The notes below the pieces were generated by a model. That model was not told the DNA's origin, searched no databases, and saw only the letters and a list, made by a program, of their open reading frames with translations. The position numbers were made by a program, and so were the translations under genes. A stretch of 64,000 bases of DNA, from positions 4,092,001 to 4,156,000 of the forward strand of contig NC_134025.1 in assembly GCF_964204645.1 (NCBI RefSeq), in the 5' to 3' direction. This document shows, piece after piece, positions 25,465-41,800 of this stretch; within the stretch, counting starts at the first letter, position 1, and every line of letters begins with the position of its first letter. This stretch comes from Tubulanus polymorphus (Eukaryota > Animalia > Nemertea).

Positions 25465-28174
25465 TCAATTTTCCCAAAGACAATTGTAAAGTCCAGCACC
25501 ATGTCGATTCTTGATATACCATATCTTATCAATGACTTTTCCATCCTAGAAATAGTATGATCTTTATTATTACATTGACATAATTATAGATAATACAATC
25601 ACGAATTGTTTTTCAGGAGAAATTGAGGTTTCTAGTACGTCCTTAAATTTTAATTCTCACCTGATCATCTGATATCTGTTCAAAATATAGATGTGTAGAA
25701 TTGTAAACCTTCATTTTCGAATAACCATAATCTGTACTGTGGAAAGCACTGTATGGATAAGTAACAGGCAGAAATGGACTATGCTTTTCTTGACAACCCT
25801 ACAAATATAAATGTCATTAAAAGTGGATATTCAACAAATTAATAGAACAAATTCTATCAGGACCCAGTTTCACAAAAAAGTTAACTCAAATTTTTGGTGT
25901 AATTGCTTTTGGTTACTTCATGTTTTCAATGAGGACAACAATTCAAACTTAACCGTTTTAGGCTTAAACCTTTTCGTGAAACTGGGCTCTGGGGATAAAA
26001 TTCTTCAACTTACAGCAGATCCAGTCACTATGACAACTGGAGCTGGTGGATTGTTGTAAGGATTATTCTTATCTGTTCCATTACACACCTAGAAATAAAA
26101 CAACTCATTACAATAAGAAATTGAGAATAAAAAGATATATCATTACAAGAATGGTAGAAAAGAAGTCTGTTTAGAAAAGGAAATAATACCTTCATGTTGA
26201 ATAAAGGCCAGAACCTTTCATATGAATGTTGATGAGCATTTAAGATTAGATCAACTCCATACTTATAAAACAACGGCTCCAGTCCAAATACAAATTCACC
26301 AGTTTTTGATTTTATTCCATCGCGTATCTAATACACAAAATACATGATATGAAATATAGATATGAAAATCGTCCTTTCAATCTGAAATGAAAACGTCAAC
26401 CTACCCTATTGTCACTGATATCACAATGTTGCTTATTATTAACATTTGTGCAGTAAAATGGCCGATGTCCAAATGTAATGATCCATGGTCGTTGACTTCT
26501 ATTTTCCGGTGTGTTCGCTTCCTAATCAAAATCAGAAGAGATTGAATAAAGTCTATAACAAAATCCGAAAGACAAGTGATCAGATTCTTTTACCTGTAGA
26601 TCTTTTTCTAACCAATTATACTGATTATAAATAATGTCCATACCATAGTGAGTGTAATAATAAGCTTCAGAATCGAAGGCCACAAAATGGACTGGACCAA
26701 CATTGAAACTAAAATTCAAAAACATTGAAATCTTCACTTTTTCAATACTATGATCAAAAGATTTTTGGGATTAAAAATAGATTTTAACAAAATTTCAACG
26801 GACGAAATGAAAACCCATCAAACATGCTAAAACAATTTTTAAAATCAAACCTGTAAAACATTCCTTGACCATCTCCTCCAGGCATTGAAAATCGATTCTT
26901 GTAATTTGAAAAATTGCTAGAATTAGAAGGATGATACATTGTACATATCTTAGTGAATAAAAGAACATTTTGCAAATAACAAATTCTTCACTTACTATGA
27001 TGCCTCATGATTTCCAGGACAGGTCATGTATGGAAGATAGGCAGCTACTGATTCAATTTGCCTCATAAATTCATCACCATATCTCGCATTGTTCTGAAAT
27101 AATATCATTTAAATTCATAGCTTTTTACAATACATTCATTTAAACTATAGCACAAAATTTCAAGAGATGAAAATGTTCGAACTTACAACATACATATCAT
27201 AGGCAAAATCACCTGGAAAGAGATTAGAGGATAAATTCATAAGCTATTAATTATTCTATAAAACAATACATGAACTAATTTCTTACCAACATGCAATATT
27301 GCGTCCAAATTTCCCTTAAGGGTCTCTTCTTGTAACCTTGTCAATGATTGGGCATTTTTATTGCCCATATCTCCGTACACTGCAAATGTTGGACTCCAGT
27401 TAACTCCCGATTCCATGGCTTTAAAGTAGAACACTGGACTCCATCCTTTACTGATACTCCCAACATGGTATACTGTAAGATGGAAACATATTCATAGAAT
27501 ACCATGCAAACCTAGGGGATCACAGGGGCCTGACACACAAAATTTTTTTGACCCCAGTATCCTGTACTATTGTATTTAGGATGGATAGGGGTCAAAAATT
27601 TTATATCAGGCCCCTGGGTAGGGGATGGTGATCAAACTTAGGTGCAACTCTTACCATATTTCTGTCCCGGTGTCAAATCATTTAAGATCGTTCGATGCAT
27701 GTAAATCTTACGATGTTCATGACCGCCATCAATAAACACAGACTGGCTGCCGAAAGCTTGTTTATCCAATTTGGATAACCCATATTCAACAACTGAACCA
27801 TTGATGCCCGTATCATTGAATGTCACCCATGTGATTACCATTTGTGTGGGTTTTGCTAAATTCAATAGAAAAGAGAAAGTTATGTTTGCAAACTACGAAG
27901 CACAACTGGAAGTGAAAAACAGCATTAAACTGTCATTTTTGCCCATAACCCAAACCGGAACTACACGTGCTACATCATATGACAACAACACTGGACCTTC
28001 TCGCGGCTTAAAAAATACATTTTGTTATTACTGTTATGAAATATAACCACGATATGGAATGGAACACCTTCTAGATTTACCTCCATAAGATATATGCACT
28101 TGTTCAGGTTGATAATATAGTTGACCAGTCGCAAACCCAACGAGACAAGCTAAGATAAGCATTTGCGCAGACAT
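25465..28174 (-). CDS. ACP7: Acid phosphatase type 7 (purple acid phosphatase, long form)
   Basis: Signal peptide, YQPEQVHISYG, FN3-like N domain, AVYGDMG, LHVGDFAYD, YMTCPGNHE, FGHRP, AHQHSYER and VTGSAGC motifs over many short exons; stop after GLYNCLWEN. Confidence 0.92.
27523..27616. mobile_element. Short inverted-repeat (MITE-like) element in an ACP7 intron
   Basis: caggggcctga...aaaatttttttgacccc pairs with ggggtcaaaaatttt...tcaggcccctg. Confidence 0.6.
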
Positions 28175-28712
28175 TATCGTTACCCGATTAAAGCGTCGTT
28201 TTGTTGACAGAATTAATTCTGAATCTCGAGAAACCAAGCACACACTACTACTAGTAGTAGGTTCGAATCCCAGCAAAATACACCACGAAAGGCAACACAT
28301 TTTAGTACTTTTCTGAGATAAACCTGATGCAAGTATTTTTTCTATGATGAAAAAATTATTTTATTTCTTCACAAATGTATGTATTAAGATTTGAGAGATA
28401 ATGAGAAGAAAAAGAATGGGATTCGAACATCATTATGTGAAATGGTTTAGTTCATGTGACCGCGAATCCAGTGACTCGTGACTCGAATTGGCTGTTGAAA
28501 TAGCTGTTGTTTCCTCCCGATAAAATTACCAGATTTCTCTATCAAATCAGGGGGTTGATCTCTTGGAAGAGTAGCGGCAATTAGTAATTGCGTCAGCCGC
28601 ACCCGTAACCATAAGACGCAAGGTCAAAATATTTGCCGGCGTGGCACTCGTTTTCGAGCGAACAAACTGATCGAAATACCGAACTTTGAACTGTATTAAA
28701 ACCCATTAAAGT
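28175..28712. promoter_or_regulatory. Divergent promoter region between ACP7 and the SLC3A gene
   Basis: Head-to-head start codons about 540 bp apart; relatively CpG-rich. Confidence 0.65.
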
Positions 28713-31976
<3,264 letters not shown>

Positions 31977-32859
31977 TATCGAAATATTTTAGTCATTTAA
32001 TGAAATAAATTAGTTTGAATTTACCTACTGCCCCGTCAGACCTAGAATCTGCCACAGATTTTATTTCAGAATGCAAAATCCTTATGAATATATCGATGCA
32101 AAATAAAGGTTGATCAACTGATTATTATTAAAATTAGGTATCGAAAAATCCATGGAGAGTATGTGTGACCGACAGTGTAGGTCTCTTCCAATGTATTTGA
32201 TTTGAATGTTTGCGTACTAAGAAATGTTTAAGACTTGAGAATTTACCTCTTAGAATATCAATATGACGAATATGTGATATTAGAGGTGTTTTCTTTTGCT
32301 GAGAATCCATCTGAAATGAGATGTTTCATTCAAGAACTGTTTAATGAGAGTTTATGTTGAATCATTGATGTAGCTTTACTTGTCTTCATTTTCTAGACAG
32401 TTTTAATAAATTGCAACAACACAAAATAAAGTTTCTGAATTGCATTCAATAATTTTTGTCTATTCAATTTTATTTTGGATATTTGTTGGGATTTTGATAT
32501 CACTTGGTCTAGTATCTAGCCGTTGTTTCCCTTATTGAGACAACGACTGGTATTTAGACAAAATATCACAGACCAATTGAAGTTTTGTCGCTGCCTTATC
32601 AAAAGGTCACACTACATGGATTTCCACTTCAAGTCTGATAAGGATTACTTGGAAGGCTTCAGGCCCTACCAAGTCGTTTATTATTTCTATCAAGGCCCCT
32701 AACGTTAGTGGAAAGTATAACAACCGGGAGCGACTGCAGTTTAGTAGGTGTTCCTAATGGTTATGAACCTACTAATTTTCAATAACACTAGGGCCACCTG
32801 GAAACGTGACCCCAACTGCAGTTACCTATTTCCATATAAACAAAAATTTTGGTAAATAT

Positions 32860-33000
32860 CGTGGGCGCGGCCATGTTTGTTAACCGACCGATTTTAGTAG
32901 GCACTGTTTGATTGGTTCGTGTTTTCATGTAAACCAATCAAATTCTACGACACGAAAATCCCGACGGAAGGGCGGAAGCGACGGCTGCATCCGGTTGAAA
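32860..33000 (+). promoter_or_regulatory. Housekeeping-type core promoter of ACTR2
   Basis: YY1-like GCGGCCATGTT (~32866), two CCAAT boxes (gattgg ~32910, ccaatca ~32934) and two ETS-like CGGAAG (~32965, ~32973) just upstream of ATG 33041. Confidence 0.55.
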
Positions 33001-33040
33001 TAGAAGATTTTGACGTTTGTAAAATCGTCGTTCATCGAAA

Positions 33041-36000
33041 ATGGACGATAAGGGAAATAAAGTAATAGTGTGTGATAATGGAACAGGGGTGAGTATAATC
33101 CAAAATATACACCAATGATTTACAAATTTTCGCTGAATTACGCAGATAAAAGCCGTGCAGAATTCTTCTTCCTCTAACCCGGAAGTAAAATTGAAAACGC
33201 AAAATTTTTGACAATTCGACTATTTCTAAACATCAATTTGCCTGGATTTGTCGATCATCCTAATACTAATGGGCATCTTGATTCTTAGGTTTTCATGTTG
33301 CCATTTGGGGTGCCCCATTTGGTGCAAAAACACCCATAAAATTCATCCAGTCCTGTATGTAGTGTGTGGCTGTCTCTACGACTACACATACAGTGAGAGT
33401 GATCTCCTAATGTCTATTTATTAATTGATGAGACCTGTTTTTCTGGGATATTTTGCTTACTTTTTGGGGTACATACCTCATTTATGTCTTAACAGAATGC
33501 CAAAAATCGCGGACAACAACTGAATATCTGATATATTTCCAGTTCTGTACCAATTAGATGGATTGGCAAAAAGACTCCTTAAGTCCAGTTTAATGAGAGA
33601 GAAAATCCTCCATTTTGTCAAATTTCTTGGATTTGAACATTGTTACCATGCCTACGCCACCCTGATTTAGTTGTTGAGACCCCACAAGAAAAATAACTTC
33701 ATTTCGTAGGCATGGTGACAATGTAAAAATTCAAGAAATTTCACAAAATGGAGGATTTTCTCTCTCATTCAATTGGACTTAAGGAGTCTTTTTGCCAATC
33801 CATCTAATTGGTACAGAACTGGAAATATATCGGATATTCAGTTGTTGTCCGCGACTTTTGGCATTCTGTTAAGACATAAATGAGGTATGTACCCCAAAAA
33901 GTAAGCAAAATATCCAAGAAAAACAGGTCTCATCAATTAATAAATAGACATTAGTTTACAGTACACACACTAAGGTTCTTGGTGAACCATCAAACTGTCT
34001 CAATATCAATCCTGTTCTGTTTTTTGGTGTTACTATTGTCAAATCAGCACTGACTTATCAAATTCACTTTTTATTGGTTCAATAGTTGTTATGTCTGTCA
34101 ATGAAACGAGACTTCCCACATTCCCGTCCTAACAACTGTTGATTAAAACTATTAGCCTAGGTTAAACTTCCCACGTTTGAACCCACTTTCAGTCATTCAA
34201 AAAGTGATAGACGATACTATTTCACTTCTACCCATCACTTAAGTACCAGTTAAACTACTGAAGAAATGAAACTAATAATTTATTTCCATTCGATGATCAT
34301 AGATTTAAACTTTCCTTTTTCTTTTCTCTACAGTTCGTTAAATGTGGATATGCGGGATCAAATTTCCCTGCCCATATATTTCCATGTATGGTCGGGCGTC
34401 CACTTATTCGGTCCACTGCAAAAATAGGCAACATAGAAGTAAAGGTAAATATACACTGTATGTAACACATGAATGAATTTTCAATGAGATAGTACGTGTG
34501 AACTATCTGATCTGATTTTGAATTATTGCAGGATTTAATGGTTGGTGATGAAGCGAGTCAATTACGTTCGATGTTAGAAGTAAACTACCCGATGGAAAAC
34601 GGAATCGTCAGAAATTGGGATGACATGTTACATATATGGAACTATACTTTTGGATCGAGTAAACTCGACATTGATCCGAAACACACTAAAATCCTTCTAA
34701 CCGAGCCTCCTTTAAATCCGATGAAAAACAGAGAGAAGATGGTTGAGGTTAGTGATTATCTCTTAGGTCCTTACAGCCGCAACAAAATCACCGCAATAAC
34801 AAAATTCAAACTTGAAAATAGTATATTACAGCACAACCAATTTCGCTGAGTCACTTCAGCCTCATCAGGCGTATTGAAATAAATTACATTCAGAAGGGCA
34901 TATGAGCCCACAGCAGAAATAAACATGAATATTGAGTGTAGACCTATATGAAGCACCGCTAGGGAATAATGAGTGTATTTAGTTTAGGTTGGCATGATTT
35001 TATGTGTATGACTTCCTTGATTGAATATTCAAGATCGCTTAAGTCTATTATAGGGTGTTTTGTAAATACCATATGCAGTAGATGAGATATTCAATGTTTT
35101 CCCTGTTTCCTATTTTTAGGCTATGTTTGAAGAGTATCAGTTTGATGGAGTATACATCGCTATTCAAGCTGTACTCACTCTTTATGCTCAAGGTAAATGT
35201 ATTTATGATTAATAATTATGTTGATAAACTTGTAGAAAATAGTTTGTTGTTCTACAAACGATGTGTTTCTGAATAGGTTTACTGACTGGTGTGGTTGTTG
35301 ATTCTGGAGATGGTGTTACACATATCTGTCCTGTGTATGAAGGCTTTGCTCTGCCTCATTTGACGAGAAGGTTAGACATTGCCGGTCGAGATATAACTAA
35401 ATATCTCATCAAGGTATAGAATGATGTCGATAGTCCCCTCATTACGAGAGAAATCCCACAATAACGAAGCCAAGATTGAAAAATTCTATATCAGGATGAT
35501 TGAGCAGTACGCTTGATGATGGCTAATGGTTGTTAGCCGAAACATCGCACCTCAAATACAATCATTCTGATATAGAATTTTTCAATCTTGGCTTCATTAT
35601 TGTGGGATTTCTCTCGTCATCATCATACACGGATATTGTGTATCTTCTCGTCTAGTCCCCTCATAATTTGCAAGTTGCTTCTTATTTAATTTGATATCCT
35701 TCTATTTCTAGTTGCTTCTATTGAGAGGGTATGCTTTTAATCATACTGCTGATTTTGAGACTGTTCGTATGATGAAAGAAAAGCTTTGCTATGTCGGATA
35801 TGATATTGAACAGGAACAGAAACTCGCACTTGAAACCACTGTCTTGGTTGAACATTACACTGTAAGTATTTTTCTATCCGTTGTTGTTGTGATAGCTCAT
35901 CAAATATTGTTGAAAATTCAAATATTTCCTTCTCATAATTTCAGTTACCTGATGGTCGAGTAATAACGATCGGTGGTGAACGATTTGAAGCACCCGAGGC

Positions 36001-36904
36001 ATTATTCCAACCTCATTTGATTAATGTGGAAGGTGTAGGTGTCGCTGAACTTCTGTTTAATACCATACAGGCAGCTGATATCGATACGAGACCTGAATTT
36101 TACAAGCACATTGTTCTCTCTGGTGGGTCAACGATGTATCCCGGACTTCCTAGTCGCCTTGAGAGGGAAATAAAACAGCTCTACTTGGAACGAGTATTGA
36201 AGGGTCAGGTGGACAAACTATCTGTGAGTACACCTTAAGATACACTTTATCTAGCAAAAAAGCTTTGTCCTGTGAATTATGAATATTCATCTGACTGCAA
36301 TATCTGATACAGTAGAACCCTGTTAATTTGGATCATTTGGGACCAACAAAATTCAACTGGTTTACAGGAAATCTGTATTTAAGTAATATTTGGCTACGCT
36401 TTTATTTGTGTCACATTTTCTCCATAACCGTAAGGGATATTTTTACGAAACTTGGTACATTTGTTCCCCTTGGTAACTTATTGTTTGCTATTGAACGGTT
36501 TTTCGATCAGACTAGTGCCACCAGGTGTTTTGTAAAATATTGATGTGCAAATTTGTGTCACATCTCGGTAAATATGTATTTGATGGTTACAAAACTAACT
36601 CAGTAGGCATGTTGAGCGGGTTTAACTGGTCTATAGGAGTCATCTTATTGTATATGAATTAAGAAAAATCAAGAACATAAAGGGAGGATTAACTGAAAAA
36701 GGAAATAAACTGAATTGAATTGATAATTTACAGAAATTCAAGATCCGTATTGAAGATCCTCCACGCCGTAAACACATGGTGTTTTTGGGAGGAGCCGTTC
36801 TCGCCGATATTATGAAAAATAAAGACGATTTCTGGATGTCTAGACAAGAATATGAAGAGAAGGGGCTCAAGGTGCTTAAGAAATTAGGAGTCAGTGTCAA
36901 GTGA
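33041..36904 (+). CDS. ACTR2: Actin-related protein 2 (Arp2/3 subunit)
   Basis: [16 protein letters not shown]|[12 protein letters not shown]..., [93 protein letters not shown]. Confidence 0.98.
33407..33954. mobile_element. Foldback/MITE-like long inverted repeat in ACTR2 intron 1
   Basis: Arms 33407-33656 and 33705-33954 (250 bp each, few mismatches) around a 48-bp spacer; no TSD evident. Confidence 0.85.
34830..34875 (-). ncRNA. Degenerate minimal hammerhead-ribozyme-like motif (Penelope type)
   Basis: Minus strand reads CTGATGA-G-GCTGA-agtgac-TCAGC-GAAA-TTGGTTG: intact core boxes and a perfect stem II, with stems I and III decayed. Confidence 0.55.
35431..35664 (+). mobile_element. Insertion with 12-bp flanking direct repeats, a 59-bp inverted repeat and a central hammerhead-like motif
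   Basis: tagtcccctcat at 35431-35442 and 35653-35664; inverted arms 35444-35502 and 35559-35617; the loop holds TTGATGA-T-GGCTAA-tggttg-TTAGCC-GAAAC. Confidence 0.7.
36310..36628. mobile_element. Decayed pogo/Tc1-type MITE in the last ACTR2 intron
   Basis: TA-CAGTAGAACCC left end and GGGTTTAACTG right end (9/11 complementary). Confidence 0.45.
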
Positions 36905-37380
36905 AGAACAAATTTAGGAAAGGCGTACTGATATGAAATACGAAAAAAAACTATTATTGCAATACTGTGGTTTCTGTGACTTCTCAGATATTAATGCAAG
37001 CTTCTGATCATTCCATCAGTGAAGCAGATTTTGACTAAATTTCAAAGAGGTGCTAGTGTATTATCTTTATTTCATGTGCTTTCCTTCAAAATCCAAAATC
37101 ATTTCATAATAAATCTTGTCGAACTGGCCTTTGATGAAAAAGTTTGAAGTTTTCACGCTCAATTACATATATTTGGGTATTCATATTCAAGTCAAATCAA
37201 AGGAGAGAGAATGAGATATTTATTGTTTTATTGGCCATTGAACAAATGATCAACACTGACTATAAGAATAATATATAGCAACCACTTGTGAATTGTAGTT
37301 TTAGATGAGTTAATTGCACATGTGTACATTTACAATGTACTGCAACTGTTTGATGGAGTCATATATGTGGCTTATGCATA

Positions 37381-37469
37381 CAGTCGACTCTACCTTTCTC
37401 GGTATTGTTGGGAGTATTTCCAAAAATTTCATGTCAGTGTACTGATATCGAGCGAGGCAGAGTCCTCTA
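37381..37469. mobile_element. Short pogo/Tc1-type MITE remnant downstream of ACTR2
   Basis: TA-CAGTCGACTCTACCTTTCTCGGTAT is imperfectly complementary to ATATCGAGCGAGGCAGAGTCCTCTA. A similar solo end (CGAGGTTCCACTG-TA) lies near 38414-38429. Confidence 0.45.
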
Positions 37470-38852
37470 TGGTCACAAAATTATTTTTTGTTAACAAAAA
37501 TAACAAATCTTTAAAATATTATTTATATTCATTTTGAATTTTGTTGATTAGATAATGCTTAAGTATCGTAGACAGGGACATATACATTGATCACTGAAAA
37601 AAATAAATGTTGAATCGATGAATCTTTCTTGCAACATCTGTTGGTGAATGGTGATTCTTATCTTATAAGCGGCATCTTAGTAATTTTTTAAATCCTCATT
37701 ATATTGGTTTGTAATACTAATGATAAAATCATTTTCGATATCTAGAAAAGAATCTTAAATTCTTTACGTTAAAACCAGATCTACAGTTCTCTCTTACGAC
37801 ATGGCACTGAAATGTGTTTAAATATAAAGATTTTTCTCTAGTCTTTGTTTCTTTCAGTTTTCAGTTGTCATATAAATTAATTATCTTATGTTAAATCAAG
37901 AGAACTACCGAGCTGTATTATCTCATTATTATATAATGTATCTGAATCATGTAATTGTAAAGAATGTACAGATTTTCATAATGATAAAATACACATATAC
38001 AGAGTGAAAGAAAACTTGTTCATCAACTCTTGGGAATTTTGCTTCATCGCTTAATGAATCTGCAGCATGGTTCGTAGCCGAGTCTACTCAGTGTTAACTT
38101 TTTGGAAAAACAAGGCCCTGATGTGTGTGCTCACAAAAATGTCATTTCTGCTGGCAGGCAATTCTTGAGTGACATCTTAATTGTGATGCCAAGTGTGTGT
38201 TGATCGGTGTATTAATATTAACATGCCATGATTCGTTTATGACAAAACTGCAGAAAAGTCAATTTCATAATCAAATGCGCCTGGACTGTTCAGTAACTCG
38301 TCGATGAATTTCAGGGGGCCAGAAAATAACACTGCTATATCCAGTATGAAATCATTAAAACTGTTCTTGCTTTTTGGAACGAAATGCTAGGTTTTGTATT
38401 GTACATCGTTAAAACGAGGTTCCACTGTATTTGTTATACGATTCCGAGTCATTGGGTGTAGTATTTCATCATGTCAAAGCGCCAGCACGCGCTCTAGGAT
38501 TAATGGAGTTCTCGAATCCTGAATCGTAACTAGCGTAGCGTCAACATATTTGTAATATAAATCGCGACTTTATTTCATTAAGCAAATACCGTAACATACA
38601 GTGCCATAAACATACATACAGATTCATAGGTCTTCATAACCAAATATGTTTTAAATAGTAAATTAAAAACTAAGGCAAACGGGGAAACCTAAGCTTTTGT
38701 ATATATCGGGGGTGCTTGATACTTGTCTTTGTATAGTCTAGTACAGTATAAGAAAGTTGAGAAATGAAGGTATCAACTGAATTGACTAGATTGATTAAGA
38801 ATAGAAATGCGGGTATTATATGTCATATCTTAAGAAACGTAATTTTATTCGA

Positions 38853-41800
38853 TCATTTGAAATAGTTGGCTAATTTGGCTGTTTTATAGTCTGCCCTTAA
38901 CTGTACGAAAGACTGAAGCACCATTTTTTCCAATCCAGCCTGAAGTAATAAAATATATATCAATGATTATAATTTTCTCTTGAAGATGGACCTAAAAAGG
39001 CTTTCTATTATGTCATTTATTTTCAAAATCTTTGATAACGACTTACCAATTGTTCTCCAGTACAAACTTGCTTCAGATTTTCTGGCACAACCACTAACAA
39101 ATTACATAACGCATGTAACGTATCAAATAGCTGCGAAATCAATGGGATTTTGAATTCTTTAACACACCTTCTGTATTCATTCACATCACATATTGCCAAC
39201 ATAGCACCTGAAAATAGAAATCACCATTTATATATCTGTACCACAACGTTATGATTGCATCTTGAAGGTTTGAATGGTCGTAGATAAAGAAGGGTTACTG
39301 AGATGAGTTTATGATATGAAGTACTGTAAGAAGTTTTCGTTCATTATTTAGTTTCAGCTCCGCGTAAATTTTAATTAAGTAACGTACCAATAGAATTGTA
39401 TTGAAATTGCAGTAAATGATCATAGACTACACGATGTAGACGTGTGCCAAATTCCATCAATACAGCTTCGACATTCTTGCCATCTAAACTATCTCGTATT
39501 ATACCTAGTTGTTGTCCAACAAATTTCACTACTTTAGAACATGGCTGTTAGATAAGAAATAAATGCCAGTTGATTAATACAAAACGTTACAGTTCATAAT
39601 CATGTGTGGAGTTTAGCTCGAGGAGTCGTACGAAATTGCAAAATTTAAGTTAGAACATACAGGTGAAGACATTTGCAGTAGAGCATCATCTTCTGGTTTG
39701 AAGTCAGTCTTTTTCTGTTCTGTTGTCAGAATATGTTTTATCCAACCAACAATAGCGAGCAAACTCCTGACAAATGAAATCATAATGATTTTAATCATAA
39801 TCAGCAATAGTAAATTATCTATCGATGTTAATATACCTGTCGATTCCAGTGTCCATCTTGTTTTCCATTAATTCCATTAAATCTCGTTTCCCCTGAAGAC
39901 AGTCACTATGAATCGGTGATGAACTGAAGCAAATGAACGTCATGTGTAAATTGTCATAGTCAATACTTCAATATACTAATGAATAGAAAGGTACCGGTAA
40001 CCAAGTAACATACCTGACTAGTGGAATTAAACTGTCACTGAACAACTTTTCAAACAGATGGAAAATGGTATTGGCTTGGCCGACCACATCAAATAGATAA
40101 ATCTCTGGTTGCACTTTAGGCTCAGCAATAGGTATCCCTGTAATTGAAAATGTTATGTCAAAGTGAGCAAAATATATCTACCTCGATTCGTTGTCAGTGG
40201 TGTAGCTACTATGGTGTAGCCAGCATGTAGCCTAGACCAACAATTTTTTTGGCCAAGATATCATTTTTAAACCACCTTTCATTCAAATCCTTAAACTTGC
40301 TGCACACGTATAAATTACAAGTATAAGTCTAAGTAATGTAACAGTCTAAAATACACCTCTTTACTCTCTTGATTTTTATTGTTTAAAAGGGATATTGAAA
40401 TAATAGTGACAAATATTTCATTTTTTTGCGACTACTAGTTTTAAAGTCCTAGCTAAGCCCCAGGTTGTCTTAATATCATATTCCCTGTGATCAAATGCAC
40501 TGCTATTGCAAATCTTTTATGAAGTTCTCGAAGAGTTCCCAATCTGAGTAAATCATAGTTCGCTGTATATTGAAATTTTTAAAGTACATGCAAGATCGAG
40601 ATATATCTACCTTGTAAACCAAGTTCTAACGCATAGTCTATGTGATCAGTAATCAGAAATTGTACTAAGATCTCAAATATCTTCATCGCATTTTTTGGCA
40701 GATTAGACTGCGATGATAGCTATACATGAAAAAAATAAGTATTCGTTAGGTAGATACAGTATGTACGAGTATAACAATAATATAAACTGTAAGTTTGCTC
40801 ACATTTTTGCATCTTTTGAATGCGAGTTTGAATTCCTGAAGCAAATTAATCGCAACTTCTTGTGACAGGAATGTTTCTCCGCCATATGTCTCAATGTTGC
40901 CTCCGAGTTTAGCATGTATATCACGTCTGAACTCGTGAATCCTAAAAAAACATGTCTCAAATGTGCCTGTCACGTAGATCGACGATTTTATCACTGGTAT
41001 ATGATTTAACTTACGCTCCAGTTTGAATCTGTTTCTTTTGATGATTCTTTGATTCATAATAACGAGCTAGAATAACGGATGATTTTTTTTCCAAGAAGTT
41101 TGTCTCCATGCTATAGTGTAAAATTAAATACTCATAAATTCAGAAACTCTGGTTGATGAATGATTCTCCAATATTTCAGCCGAGTTTAATATAATATATA
41201 TATAGATAATCTATGTTTGATATAAGAATTTTACATACCTGATGTAGGTTTCAAGGTATTTGATGAAGATTCCTTTGGTTAACTTAGTTAGGAATGTAGA
41301 ATCAGATCCCATGTTGTAAATGGACAGTTCATTTGAAAGTTTCGACGTCCTGAATTTTTAGAAATGTAATGAAAATCAACTGTAGTACAGTGAAATCCTT
41401 ACTGTGGGTATGTACGCGGAAATGTAATGTTACATTTGGACATACCTTATGTAAAGCTGATTGAGGTTCTGTAGATATTTTTCAGGATCATTCGTATTTG
41501 AAAGTTGAGAATTGATATGTGCCTAGAAAAAAAGCAAACTACATAATGTCACACAAAATCATCAGAAAATACAAAACTGTAGTAACTCATACACGCATAC
41601 TAGAAGTTTTCCCTGGTATATGTTCATCACAAACTTTGCCATCACAGCTTCAGGATTAATGAACACTTGTTGTATGAGTTGATGAGCATTGAAACACAGT
41701 GGTAACACATCCGTAAATACATCATTAGTGAAGCAGCCCTAAAACAAAACAGTGATTATTAACATATCTATAAAGCGCAAAGATACAAATCTTGGAAGGA

